From Candidatus Krumholzibacteriota bacterium (GTDB lineage Bacteria > Krumholzibacteriota > Krumholzibacteriia > JAJRXK01), in contig JAJDAC010000023.1 in NCBI GenBank assembly GCA_029262065.1, positions 3,828 to 67,827 of the forward strand: a DNA stretch of 64,000 nt. The letters are read 5' to 3'. Positions 38,367-47,729 of the stretch are shown piece after piece. Position 1 is the first letter of the stretch; every line of letters begins with the position of its first letter. Position numbers and translations under genes: made by a program. Below the pieces are notes generated by a model, which was given only the letters and a program-made list of their open reading frames with translations, ran no database searches and was not told the origin of the DNA.

Positions 38367-39150
38367 GAAGCACCTTCAATTCCTGCTCGGTGAGGCTTTC
38401 GATTCCATGCTCAGTAATCTTGTCGAGGATCTGGTCGACCGAAAGGGTGCCGTCGGCCTGCTGTTCCTGCTGTTTTTTGTAGCCGCGCATCTGTCGACGG
38501 GCGCGTTCGCCTTGAATGCGCCGTCGCCACGCGTCCAGCCGCCAGTCCTGCTTCAGGTACAGGTAGCCAAACAGCATGCCTCCCAGATGGGCGAAGTGGC
38601 CAATGCCGTCCTGGCTGCGGTTGAGGCCCGAAAAAAGGTCGAGGGCCACGATCACCCAGATGAAGTACTTCATCTTTATGGGGAAAAGGAAATACAGCAG
38701 GATCTGTCGATCGGGATACATGAGCCCGTAGGCCAACACCACTCCCAAAACCGCACCGCTCGCCCCGATCGTGGGCACCATGCTGTTGGGTCCGGTAATC
38801 CAGGTGGTGATCCCGCCGCCCACGCCGCACACCAGGTAGTACGTGAGGAACGCCCTGTCCCCCCACTCGGCTTCGACCGCCGATCCGAACATCCACAACA
38901 TGAACATGTTGAACAGGATGTGGAATGGTCCGCCATGTAGGAACATGTACGTGAGGAGCTGCCAGACCTTGCCGCCCATGAACACTTCGGCCGGCACCAG
39001 GCCAAAGTTCTGGGTCATGAAGTTCTGATTCCAGCCAGCTAGCCACGTAAGCAGGAACAGACCGGTGTTGACGATCAGCAGCGCCTTGATCACCCTAGGC
39101 ATAGGGCCGGAGCCGAGGCCGAAGCGCATGCCCGCACGGGTGTAATTCAT
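38347..39150 (-). CDS. Rhomboid family intramembrane serine protease
   Basis: Six TM helices. Catalytic GASGAVLG (Ser) and HLGGMLFG (His) motifs. The cytoplasmic C-terminal tail is charged. Confidence 0.85.
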   Translation of the reverse strand: MNYTRAGMRFGLGSGPMPRVIKALLIVNTGLFLLTWLAGWNQNFMTQNFGLVPAEVFMGGKVWQLLTYMFLHGGPFHILFNMFMLWMFGSAVEAEWGDRAFLTYYLVCGVGGGITTWITGPNSMVPTIGASGAVLGVVLAYGLMYPDRQILLYFLFPIKMKYFIWVIVALDLFSGLNRSQDGIGHFAHLGGMLFGYLYLKQDWRLDAWRRRIQGERARRQMRGYKKQQEQQADGTLSVDQILDKITEHGIESLTEQELKVLREARRN

Positions 39151-39288
39151 GGAGTCCCGGGCCGCACCGGCGGCGGATGGAGGCAGGTTTCTTGGGGGGA
39201 ACGGGCCAAGCAGAACTCGGCCGCTGCTTCCTACACCATACCATATAGCACAGGCTGGGCCACTCGTGCCCAGGGGGATGGAGATATC

Positions 39289-39846
39289 GTGGAGGTAAGC
39301 TCGCAGAGTAGCCAGGCTATCGTGGCCTTCGGAAGTTCACGCTGTCAGCCGGGCAGCGCGGACTGGGATCAGGCATTCGCGGTCGGCCAGACCGTTGGGC
39401 GCCGCGGCCTGAAGTTGGTTTCCGGTGGCTACCATGGATCCATGGGAGCGGCGAGTCAGGGAGCACGCGGTGCCGGTGGCCAGGTCGTCGGCATTACCAC
39501 CGACGTATTCAGCGACCGCGAACCCAACACCCACCTGACCGAGGAAATTCGCCACGGCACGTACTCGGTGCGCCTGGCGGCGCTGTTGGAGGCGGGCGAC
39601 GGCTTTGTCGTGCTTCCGGGCGGGTTGGGCACGTTGTCCGAGCTCACCACCGCCTGGTGCCTGGCGTCGATCGGTCAACTGGGTGGGCCGCTGTGGGTGT
39701 TTCGCGAGCCCTGGGCTCCGCTGGCGGACCTTGCATTGGCACTGGGCGAAGTGGCCGATCAGCACCACCAACACCTTACCTGGGTGGAATCGGCCGACGA
39801 ACTGGCCCATTCGCTGGATGCCTGGCTCGCGCGCGATCCGGGCTAG
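39289..39846 (+). CDS. LOG family (TIGR00730) Rossmann-fold nucleotide-binding protein
   Basis: VSGGYHGSMGAASQGA...VVLPGGLGTLSEL matches the LOG/YvdD consensus (GGxxGxMxA...PGGxGTxxE). Confidence 0.8.
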   Translation: MEVSSQSSQAIVAFGSSRCQPGSADWDQAFAVGQTVGRRGLKLVSGGYHGSMGAASQGARGAGGQVVGITTDVFSDREPNTHLTEEIRHGTYSVRLAALLEAGDGFVVLPGGLGTLSELTTAWCLASIGQLGGPLWVFREPWAPLADLALALGEVADQHHQHLTWVESADELAHSLDAWLARDPG

Positions 39847-40003
39847 GTAGAAAACCGTGGTGGAGAGCGTGCTACCCTGGTTCCAGCGCGGCGCTGTGCT
39901 ATGATTGGTTGTCCCCGTTCGGATTGCATGGGCACGGAAGGCCTTCGTTGCCATCACTGGACGCGACCTCGAATCCATTTCCTTGCCTGGAGGCGTAGGT
40001 TTC

Positions 40004-41068
40004 ATGAGCGATAAGAAAGTCCTGGTGGTCGGGACGGGAACCATTGGCGAACCACTGATCGGTCTTCTGACGTCCTATAAGAAAGAACTCGGAATATCCG
40101 ATGTCTTCGTCCACAAACGGACCCCGCTATTGACCGATCGGTCGAAGGTGGTCGATCTGGTGAAGCGCGGCGCGAAGCTGGTCACCGACGAAGACCGCCA
40201 GCAGGCCTTCCGCGACATGGGGTTGAAACCGACGTTGGAAACCCACGAGGCGATTGACCAGGCGTCGGTGGTTATCGATTGCACGCCCGCGGGCAACAAG
40301 ATGAAGACCGACCTGTACAACCAGTACGCCAAGAACACTGATCTGTTCATCGCCCAGGGCAGCGAATTCGGGTTCGGCAAGATGTACGCGCGGGGCATCA
40401 ACGACAGTGCGCTGATCCACGGCGAAGACAAGTTCATCCACGTGGTGAGCTGCAACACCCACAACATTTCAGTCCTGATCGATGTCCTGGCGTTGGCCGA
40501 CGGAAAAGACAACCTGGCGCAGGGCCGGTTCGTCTGTATTCGCCGCGCCAATGACCTGAGTCAGGATACGAGCTTCCTGCCTTCACCTCAGGTCGGCAAG
40601 CATGGCGATCCCGACTTCGGTACGCATCACGCACGCGACTCGTACCACCTGTTCAAGACCCTGGGCCTCGAACTCGATCTGTTTTCGTCGGCGCTCAAGG
40701 TCAATACCCAGTACATGCACATCATCCATTTCCGGCTGCAGCTGAACCAGCCCACCACCATGGACACCGTGCTCGAGCGCATCGCCGCGTGCGACCGAAT
40801 CGCATCGACCTACAAGGACACCGCCAACTCGGTGTTCAGCTTCGGGCGCGATCATGGCTACTACGGTCGCATTCTGAACCAGACGGTCATCCCCGTCGAA
40901 ACGCTGACGCTGGCCGAGAACGGTACCGAAATCATCGGCTACTGTTTCACGCCGCAGGACGGCAACGCCATCCTGAGTTCGATTGCGGCCGCGAGCTGGG
41001 CCATGGACCCCGACGGCTACAAGAAGAAGATCCAGGCCCTGAAGCCATGGTTCTTCGACGAAGTCTAG
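40004..41068 (+). CDS. Archaeal-type (type II) glyceraldehyde-3-phosphate dehydrogenase homolog
   Basis: MSDKKVLVVGTGTIGEPL (Rossmann). VVIDCTPAGN. The catalytic-Cys motif VVSCNTHN corresponds to archaeal VVSCNTTGL. IRRANDLSQ...GDPDFGTHHARDS resembles archaeal VRRGADPAQ...SHHGPDV. Start placed at the internal Met. Confidence 0.7.
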   Translation: MSDKKVLVVGTGTIGEPLIGLLTSYKKELGISDVFVHKRTPLLTDRSKVVDLVKRGAKLVTDEDRQQAFRDMGLKPTLETHEAIDQASVVIDCTPAGNKMKTDLYNQYAKNTDLFIAQGSEFGFGKMYARGINDSALIHGEDKFIHVVSCNTHNISVLIDVLALADGKDNLAQGRFVCIRRANDLSQDTSFLPSPQVGKHGDPDFGTHHARDSYHLFKTLGLELDLFSSALKVNTQYMHIIHFRLQLNQPTTMDTVLERIAACDRIASTYKDTANSVFSFGRDHGYYGRILNQTVIPVETLTLAENGTEIIGYCFTPQDGNAILSSIAAASWAMDPDGYKKKIQALKPWFFDEV

Positions 41069-41081
41069 AACCGGGTTGTCG

Positions 41082-42575
41082 CTAGCTGGCGGTGTTCAGC
41101 GAGCGCAGCAGAGCGCGCGCTTCGATCAGGTCGGGATAGTCGAGGTCCGCGTGTCGCATGACTTCGAGATAACGCCGCACGCCGTCGCGTGCGGCGTCTT
41201 CGCGTCCAAGTACCGCCAGGGTTCGACTCAACAGGAGCAGGGCATCGGGTTGCGTGGGAATGTCAGCCAGGGTCCGGCTGGTGTGTTCGATGGCAGCTTC
41301 CATGTCACCGGCCTCGAAGCAGGCCAGCGCCAATTCGTTGCGATACTCGATGAGTTCGTGTGGTCCCAGGGCTGAATTCGCGATCGCCTTGCGCAACCGG
41401 CCAATCCCCGACTTGGGCTGACCACGTTGGCGTCCAAAGTGGCTTTGCAGCAGGGCCTTCGCCAGTGAAAGTTCCTCGGCCAGGGTTTGTATGTACGGAT
41501 TGCGATCGAGGAAATCGTTGGCCAGGTTGAGCGCGGTCTTGGCCGACTGGTCGGCCGCGGCGGGTTCATCCAGCTCCAGTTGGGCCCACGCCTTCATGAA
41601 GTGGAACGACAACCCGTAGTGCGGTTTACCGGGGTATTCGGCTTCCACTTCCGCAATGAAGGCGTCGCTGCCTTTGACCAGCTCCTGCCACTGTCTTGCG
41701 GCGGCCAGTACCTGAAGCTCGCGTACCTCGAAGCGACCCTTCCAACGCGGCATGCTTGCGACCATGTCACGCGTGGTGTCGAGCGTGCGCCGTGCCTGTG
41801 AAAGTTGTCCCGTGATGCATAGCACATCCACCAGTTGAAACGCGGAGGCGGCGAAGGTGGGGTCGGTTTCCAGCGCCTTGGAGTATTCCGCAATGGCTTC
41901 GTCGTAGCGGCCGGTCAGGCGGAAGGCGTCGCCCAGACTGTCGTGGGCATTGGGCAGGTCGGGTGCGAAGAACGAGTACCGTTTGAGGCTCGTGATGGCT
42001 TCGTCGTAGCGCCCCGCTTGCAGGTAGATGCTACCCAGGTGATCGTGCACATCCACGCGCTCGGGGTCGTTCTCGAGGATGCGTTCGTAGGCCAGCAACG
42101 CGGTATCGTAGTCGAGTGCGAGCGCGGCTTTCTGGCCGCGCATGCTCAGGGTGAACGGGTCGTCCGGATACTCGCGCACCAATTGGTCGAACACACTTTC
42201 CATGGTTTCGGACTCTTCGCGATGGGCGGCGTCCAGGAATTCTATTTGCAGACGTTCGCGGTTACTGACTTCCGCGCGGTGGGCCATGGCCTGGGCCAGA
42301 TAGCCTTCGAGTTCTTGAGTAGATCCTACCCCCACCATCCACAGCTGCAGGTACGCCATGGCGAAGCTGGGATCCAGCTCAATGGCCCGCTGGAAATGAA
42401 CGGCGGCTTGGTCAGCGCGCACGCGGCGGGCCTCGGCCAGTCCGTGTTCATACTGGGAGTAAGCGGCCGCCGATGAGGTTGTGACGTCGCGCTCGCCAGA
42501 TTTCCACACACTGAAGCCAACGCCAGCGGCCAGGACCACAACGAGACCAAGGGACAAGAAAAGGCGCGTGCGCAT
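41082..42575 (-). CDS. Membrane-anchored TPR-repeat protein (paralog 1)
   Basis: N-terminal TM helix. Multiple TPR-like repeats (AMAYLQLWMV, YDEAITSLKRYSFFAPDLPNAHDSLGDAFRLTGRYDEAIAEY). The protein aligns end to end with 43340..44836. Confidence 0.75.
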   Translation of the reverse strand: MRTRLFLSLGLVVVLAAGVGFSVWKSGERDVTTSSAAAYSQYEHGLAEARRVRADQAAVHFQRAIELDPSFAMAYLQLWMVGVGSTQELEGYLAQAMAHRAEVSNRERLQIEFLDAAHREESETMESVFDQLVREYPDDPFTLSMRGQKAALALDYDTALLAYERILENDPERVDVHDHLGSIYLQAGRYDEAITSLKRYSFFAPDLPNAHDSLGDAFRLTGRYDEAIAEYSKALETDPTFAASAFQLVDVLCITGQLSQARRTLDTTRDMVASMPRWKGRFEVRELQVLAAARQWQELVKGSDAFIAEVEAEYPGKPHYGLSFHFMKAWAQLELDEPAAADQSAKTALNLANDFLDRNPYIQTLAEELSLAKALLQSHFGRQRGQPKSGIGRLRKAIANSALGPHELIEYRNELALACFEAGDMEAAIEHTSRTLADIPTQPDALLLLSRTLAVLGREDAARDGVRRYLEVMRHADLDYPDLIEARALLRSLNTAS

Positions 42576-42697
42576 GATTTGTATTTTGCTGGTCGAGATA
42601 GGCAGTGTCCCGGATGCCCCGGGAAGATCGGGCGTGCGATCTAGGGGGTAGTACGTGCGGCGACCTCGGCAGGTTGCATCGGAAGATCGGCATTGGG

Positions 42698-43327
42698 TCA
42701 GGGGGAGCGCAGTGCCGCCCGCACGGGGGAAGCGTCCAACCCCTGCCAGCGCAGGGGCAGCGCCAGTAGCTCGTAAGCGCCCGGCTTGACGTGGCTCAGG
42801 GCCAGATTCTCCAAAATGGCCACGCGGGCCGAGGCCAGGATCTTGTGGGCTGGTAGTTCCTTGCTGTCCACAGGATCCATGGAAGGTGTGTCCAGGCCAA
42901 CCAGTTGGGCACCTCGGTCGCGGAGCGCTTGCGCCGCCTCCGGAGACAAGGCCACGAAAACCTTGGGGAATCCAACCGGATCGTCGGCGGGCTGGTCATG
43001 GGTGCGAATGAGCACCCGGGGTGTGGTCGCGAAGTCTACCGAGTCGAAGTGTTCGGGCCGGACCAGCCCCTCCCGGGGCCCGTCCAGAACCAGGCACGGC
43101 CCCCAGTAGCACTCCAGCGGGACCTCGGCGATCGAGGCGCCATCAGCCAGGAAATGCAAAGGGGCGTCGGCGTGGGTTCCCACATGCGGGCTCGCCGTGA
43201 CCGACGAGACATTGCAAGAGTCGCCGTGGTCCAGGCTCCACTTCCATTCGAAAGAGAACGGAGTATCCCCGGGCCACGCGCCGGCACGCGGGCTCACCGG
43301 TTGACTGATGTCGATGATCTTCGACAA
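42698..43327 (-). CDS. Cyclase family protein (arylformamidase/kynurenine formamidase-like)
   Basis: HVGTHADAPLHF metal-binding motif (HxGTHxDxPxH) of the PF04199 cyclase family. Confidence 0.8.
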   Translation of the reverse strand: MSKIIDISQPVSPRAGAWPGDTPFSFEWKWSLDHGDSCNVSSVTASPHVGTHADAPLHFLADGASIAEVPLECYWGPCLVLDGPREGLVRPEHFDSVDFATTPRVLIRTHDQPADDPVGFPKVFVALSPEAAQALRDRGAQLVGLDTPSMDPVDSKELPAHKILASARVAILENLALSHVKPGAYELLALPLRWQGLDASPVRAALRSP

Positions 43328-43339
43328 ACCAGGCCGCGC

Positions 43340-44836
43340 CTAGCTGGCGCTACTGAGCTTCTTGAGTAGACGACGCGCGTCGGCCACACCGGGGAAGTCT
43401 TTGTCGGCGCGTTTCATGACATCGAGGTACACGCCCAAATGGCTGAGAGCGTCCTCCGTGTTGCCAAGTTCGTTGTGGGCTTTGGCGGCCAGCAGGTTGG
43501 TGCGCGGGTGTCGCGTTATGACACGCAGGAGTTTTGCGCACTCATCGATCGCGTTCTGGAACTGACCGGCTTCGAAGTAGGTTAGTGCCAACTCGTATCG
43601 GTAGTCTTCCAACTGGTGGGGGCTCTTCGAACTTTCGTTCAAACGAGCGGCGAGCATCTCGATGCCCGTTTCAGGCGAGCCCGTGGCGCGCGCGAAGTGA
43701 CTGCGAAGCAAGGCCTCGGCCAAACCGAATTCCTGGCTGACCTGTGCCCGCTCGGGAAACGTCTTCTTGTAGCCGGCCGCGACTTCCTCGAGCACGTTGG
43801 CGGCCTGCGTGGCCGATTCCAGGTCTTCCTTTTCCAGGTACGCCCACGCCTGGCGGAAGTGAAACGGCACGGGGAAACGATCTTCCTTTTCCTCTGAGTT
43901 CTTGGCCTTTTCGAGGCATTCTCCGGAGTACTGGATGACTCCGTCCCAGTCTTCGGCGGCGGTCATGAGGCTCATACGAATGTTGTGGTACCAGTTCATC
44001 CAACCCCGTTCTTCGAGCATGGGCCGTCCGGCTTCGAGCGTTTCCGCGGCCTTGTCCAGTTGGCCAGTGGTGGCCAATACCACCGCGAGGTTCGCGGCCG
44101 ACCAGACGAACGAGGGGTCGATCTCGATGGCTGTGGCATATTCCTGCATGGCTTTTTCGTACTCGCCGGTAAACCGGTAGGCATCGCCCAGGCTGTCGTG
44201 GGGGTTGGCGAGGCCCGGCGCGAAGAAGTTGTACCGATTCAGGCTGGCGATGGCCTCGTCATAGTTGCCAACGTGCAGGTTCAGGTAGCCGAGTTGGTTG
44301 TGGATGTCTATCCGCTCGGGGTCTTTTTCCAGCACGCGCTCGTAGTAGCCCATGGCCGACTCGAAGTCGTTGTCCTCCCAGGCTCGCCGCGCGCGTTGCA
44401 TCAGCACATCATTGTCGTCGGGAAAGCGCTCGGCCAATTCCTCTTGCAGACGATCCAGCTCGTCCCAGTTTTCATCTCGGATGGCCACTCCCTGGGCGAT
44501 CATGAGCTGCTCGCGAGGAGACACCTCATCACTCAGGGTTACCGCGGTGTCCAGGTGTTGGTTGGCTTCGCTTTCGTCCATCCACTCGCGCAGCGTCCAC
44601 AGCCGGTAGTAGGCCATGGCGAACTCGGGGTCCAGGCGCGTCGCTTCCCGCAGCTTCTCGACCGCGCTGTCGTACCGGAATCGAAGTCGCTCGGCTTCGG
44701 CATCGCGCCAGGCGGCGTAGGCTTCGTCGGAGGCGGTGGTGACCGTCCGGGGCTCCTCGGAAAGAATCCGATAGCCTCCGTAGCCTATAGTGGCTACCAG
44801 TCCGAGGGCGACCAGGGTCAGGATGGGTCGGGTCAT
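43340..44836 (-). CDS. Membrane-anchored TPR-repeat protein (paralog 2)
   Basis: N-terminal TM helix and TPR repeats. Shares long motifs with paralog 1 (NRYNFFAPGLANPHDSLGDAYRFTGEYEKAMQEY; C-terminal ...LLKKLSSAS versus ...LLRSLNTAS). Confidence 0.75.
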   Translation of the reverse strand: MTRPILTLVALGLVATIGYGGYRILSEEPRTVTTASDEAYAAWRDAEAERLRFRYDSAVEKLREATRLDPEFAMAYYRLWTLREWMDESEANQHLDTAVTLSDEVSPREQLMIAQGVAIRDENWDELDRLQEELAERFPDDNDVLMQRARRAWEDNDFESAMGYYERVLEKDPERIDIHNQLGYLNLHVGNYDEAIASLNRYNFFAPGLANPHDSLGDAYRFTGEYEKAMQEYATAIEIDPSFVWSAANLAVVLATTGQLDKAAETLEAGRPMLEERGWMNWYHNIRMSLMTAAEDWDGVIQYSGECLEKAKNSEEKEDRFPVPFHFRQAWAYLEKEDLESATQAANVLEEVAAGYKKTFPERAQVSQEFGLAEALLRSHFARATGSPETGIEMLAARLNESSKSPHQLEDYRYELALTYFEAGQFQNAIDECAKLLRVITRHPRTNLLAAKAHNELGNTEDALSHLGVYLDVMKRADKDFPGVADARRLLKKLSSAS

Positions 44837-44955
44837 TATCTCTTCTCCACGGCCGATGATGCTGCAAAGCTCATGCCGGAAAATAAGTTACGGACTTTTT
44901 CCAGAAGGCGACGGGCCCGTGCGAGGAGCGGCGATTCCGTCGCGACCCCACCTTT

Positions 44956-47514
44956 CTACGCCGTGTAACTGCCTGGGGTTTCGTTTGTTTCTGCAATCGA
45001 GGCGTCGTCCAAATCCAGCTCTGAGGCCAAGGCCCGGATCACGATGAGGGTGATATCGTCCCCGGTATTTTCGCTCCCGGCATGGCTGAACACCGCATCG
45101 CGGATCCCGCTGACGATTTCGCCGGCTGGTTCGCGCGCCAGCCGGTGGACGATCTCCTCCAGACCGCATTCGCCGAATTGTTCCTCGGCGTGATCCTCTG
45201 CCTCGGTGACGCCGTCGGTGAACAGCACCAATACTTCGCCGGGCGCCATATAGATCTCCGACTCGGGGTACTCCATGCCAGGAAAGGCTCCCAGCGGCGT
45301 GGCGCCAACTTCCAGCCATTCGCAGGTGCCGTCGGCGCGCCGAAGCAGGGGGGGGTTGTGCCCCGCGTTGCTGTACAGCAGGTATCGTCGTTCGATATTC
45401 AGGGAAGCCAGAAACAGCGTGGCGAAGCGCTCGGGGTCGGTGCTTTCGTAGAGCGAAGTGTTCACGGCCGTGAGAATCGTGCCCGGCTGCGAGTGGCTCG
45501 CGGCCAGCGCGCGGATCGACGCCTGAAGATTGCTCGCCAGCAGCGACGCGGGCATTCCCTTGCCCGACACGTCGCTGATCACGATTCCCATGTTTCCATC
45601 GAGCAACGAAACAAAGTCGTAGTAGTCGCCACTGACCTGCGAAGACGCCAGATTCAACGCGGCGATCTCGAACCCGAGCACCACTGGTACGCTGCTGGGT
45701 AGCATGCGCTGTTGGATGCCGCGTGCCATGGCCATTTCTTCTTCGAGCTGGCGACGGTCGAGCGCATCCTGGTACAGGCGCGTGTTGTCGATCTGAACCG
45801 CCATCTGCCCGGCGACCGTTTGCAACAGTTCAAGCTCGTCGCCCTCGTAGGCCGCTTCGCTGCGCTTGGGACCCAACCCCAACACCGCCACCAGTCGTTC
45901 ACCGGCGAACCCGGGGACCAGTACTTCCAGCCCGGCGTGCTCCAGCACGCGCATCTCGCGGCGGAGCCTGGGATATCGATCCAGTTGCGCGCGTCCCATG
46001 CTACCGCGGGCGAGTCGGGCCAACTCGCTGGCCAGGTAGTCGGTGGTCAATGGCGCCGACCGGCGTTTGATCATTTCGGTGATCATGGGCAAGGCGGTGT
46101 GCGTTTCTTCGTTCCGGATCACCAAGATGCCGTCGTTCACGGGCACGAAGGCAAATTCACTGGGATGCAGCAACGATGTGATGCGTTCGCGGATGAGATC
46201 GGTGAGCTGCTGCACCTCGATGGTCGAGGGAATGGCCTTGGCCAGATCGGCCAGCGCCTGCTGCAGGTCGTGTTTTTCGCGGAAGAACTGTCGCTCGAGG
46301 AATCCCTGGATACGTTCGCGCGCCGGCGCGAATGCCGCTGCGATGAGCAATGTGGCAATGATGGCCACGAGCTGGCTGGTTTGGCCTGAAAGGCGCAGTA
46401 CCGTGTTTCCCACCAGCACCACGATCACCAGGTATGTACCAACCGTGATACCGGTGAGCGTACCGTAGACGATCGACCGCCGGATAATGACTTCCAGCTC
46501 CATCAGGCGATACCGCGCAATGGAATAACCGAAACTCACCGGTACCAACACCATGGGAATGGCGCCGAACAACGCGAATTCTTCGCGGCCCAGCAATTTG
46601 CCCAGCGCGATGTTGAACACCAGGAACGGCAGGGTGCCCAGCACCGTACCGATCGTCAGGATCTTCACTCGTTGGCGTAGCGTGGGGTCGGGGCTGGTCA
46701 CGTAGGTGGTCACCAGGCTGGCAAGTCCCGCCGTGAAGTAGAATCCCAACGTCATCTGTTGGATGACGGTTACCTTCGCCAGCGTGGTGCCAAAGAACTG
46801 GTTGTACGTGAACTGCGCGTAATACAGCAGCGGCAGCGTGTACAGCAGGGGTATGGCCCAGCGGTAGTGTCGGCGGAACCAGTCGCGCGGCTGCGGAAAC
46901 ACCAGGAAGAAGTGCAGGAACAGCGGCGGCAGCATCAAGCTGGCCAGCGTTCCGAAGTTTCGCGTGAGAACGTCGCTCCAGTAGTAGAACACACTGCGTT
47001 CACTGGCCGAGACGAAGTAGATGAGAAAAAGCGTGCATAGCAGGAAGAACAAACGCGCTGGAATGGTGTGGGAGTTGTTCCAGAACACGTAGAGGCCGGC
47101 CGCGAAATAGATGAGGGCCAACCCACAATACACCAGGTAGGTGCGCAGGTTTGCAATGCGCGTGCTTTCGAGTCGGATGGTCGTGGTGTCGGTGGTATTG
47201 GCCAGGCGGTCGAACACCAGGTACTCGACTTCATCGCCCACATTCTTGCTTTGCAGCAGCTGGGCCGCGTGCCGCGGCGAGCGAATGGGCTGCTGGTCGA
47301 TGCCCTCGATGATGTCGCCCACCTGCAGACCGGCGCGTTCGGCGGCGCCGCCGGGCACGGTTCCCACCACGCGGATCTTGGATCCGCCCAACACCCACAC
47401 CGCGCCGTCGGTCGGACGCGAGCGTGTGGCGTCATAGGCGCTGAACGCACCGGCGACCACCGCCAACAGACCAAAGGCCAGCAGGACGTTTCGAGTGGTG
47501 AAGATCACCGGCAT
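44956..47514 (-). CDS. Membrane sensor phosphatase with a periplasmic PDZ domain, a polytopic TM region, a GAF domain and a PP2C/SpoIIE phosphatase domain
   Basis: Signal-anchor then PDZ (GLQVGDIIEGIDQQPIRS). About 8 TM helices. GAF-like segment. PPM-type phosphatase motifs (SGDYYDF, ISDVSGKGMPASL, LFTDGVTEA). Confidence 0.85.
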   Translation of the reverse strand: MPVIFTTRNVLLAFGLLAVVAGAFSAYDATRSRPTDGAVWVLGGSKIRVVGTVPGGAAERAGLQVGDIIEGIDQQPIRSPRHAAQLLQSKNVGDEVEYLVFDRLANTTDTTTIRLESTRIANLRTYLVYCGLALIYFAAGLYVFWNNSHTIPARLFFLLCTLFLIYFVSASERSVFYYWSDVLTRNFGTLASLMLPPLFLHFFLVFPQPRDWFRRHYRWAIPLLYTLPLLYYAQFTYNQFFGTTLAKVTVIQQMTLGFYFTAGLASLVTTYVTSPDPTLRQRVKILTIGTVLGTLPFLVFNIALGKLLGREEFALFGAIPMVLVPVSFGYSIARYRLMELEVIIRRSIVYGTLTGITVGTYLVIVVLVGNTVLRLSGQTSQLVAIIATLLIAAAFAPARERIQGFLERQFFREKHDLQQALADLAKAIPSTIEVQQLTDLIRERITSLLHPSEFAFVPVNDGILVIRNEETHTALPMITEMIKRRSAPLTTDYLASELARLARGSMGRAQLDRYPRLRREMRVLEHAGLEVLVPGFAGERLVAVLGLGPKRSEAAYEGDELELLQTVAGQMAVQIDNTRLYQDALDRRQLEEEMAMARGIQQRMLPSSVPVVLGFEIAALNLASSQVSGDYYDFVSLLDGNMGIVISDVSGKGMPASLLASNLQASIRALAASHSQPGTILTAVNTSLYESTDPERFATLFLASLNIERRYLLYSNAGHNPPLLRRADGTCEWLEVGATPLGAFPGMEYPESEIYMAPGEVLVLFTDGVTEAEDHAEEQFGECGLEEIVHRLAREPAGEIVSGIRDAVFSHAGSENTGDDITLIVIRALASELDLDDASIAETNETPGSYTA

Positions 47515-47729
47515 ACGCTCGTGACTCCGAATCGCGTGGGAATGAAAGGGCGCTTGCGCTCGCCTCGCAGTGGCCGACTTTTTCCCGTAAATTGCATTAT
47601 GACAAGGCTTCGCGGCGCTTCAAAGCGCCATTTTCGTGAACAGTGTCCAGGGCCCTTGGGCCAGCTTGCCGGCCCGGGTGGTGTATCGTACTCTCCTCGC
47701 TTGCGAGCTTCCCCTCTTCGGCAAGGTCT

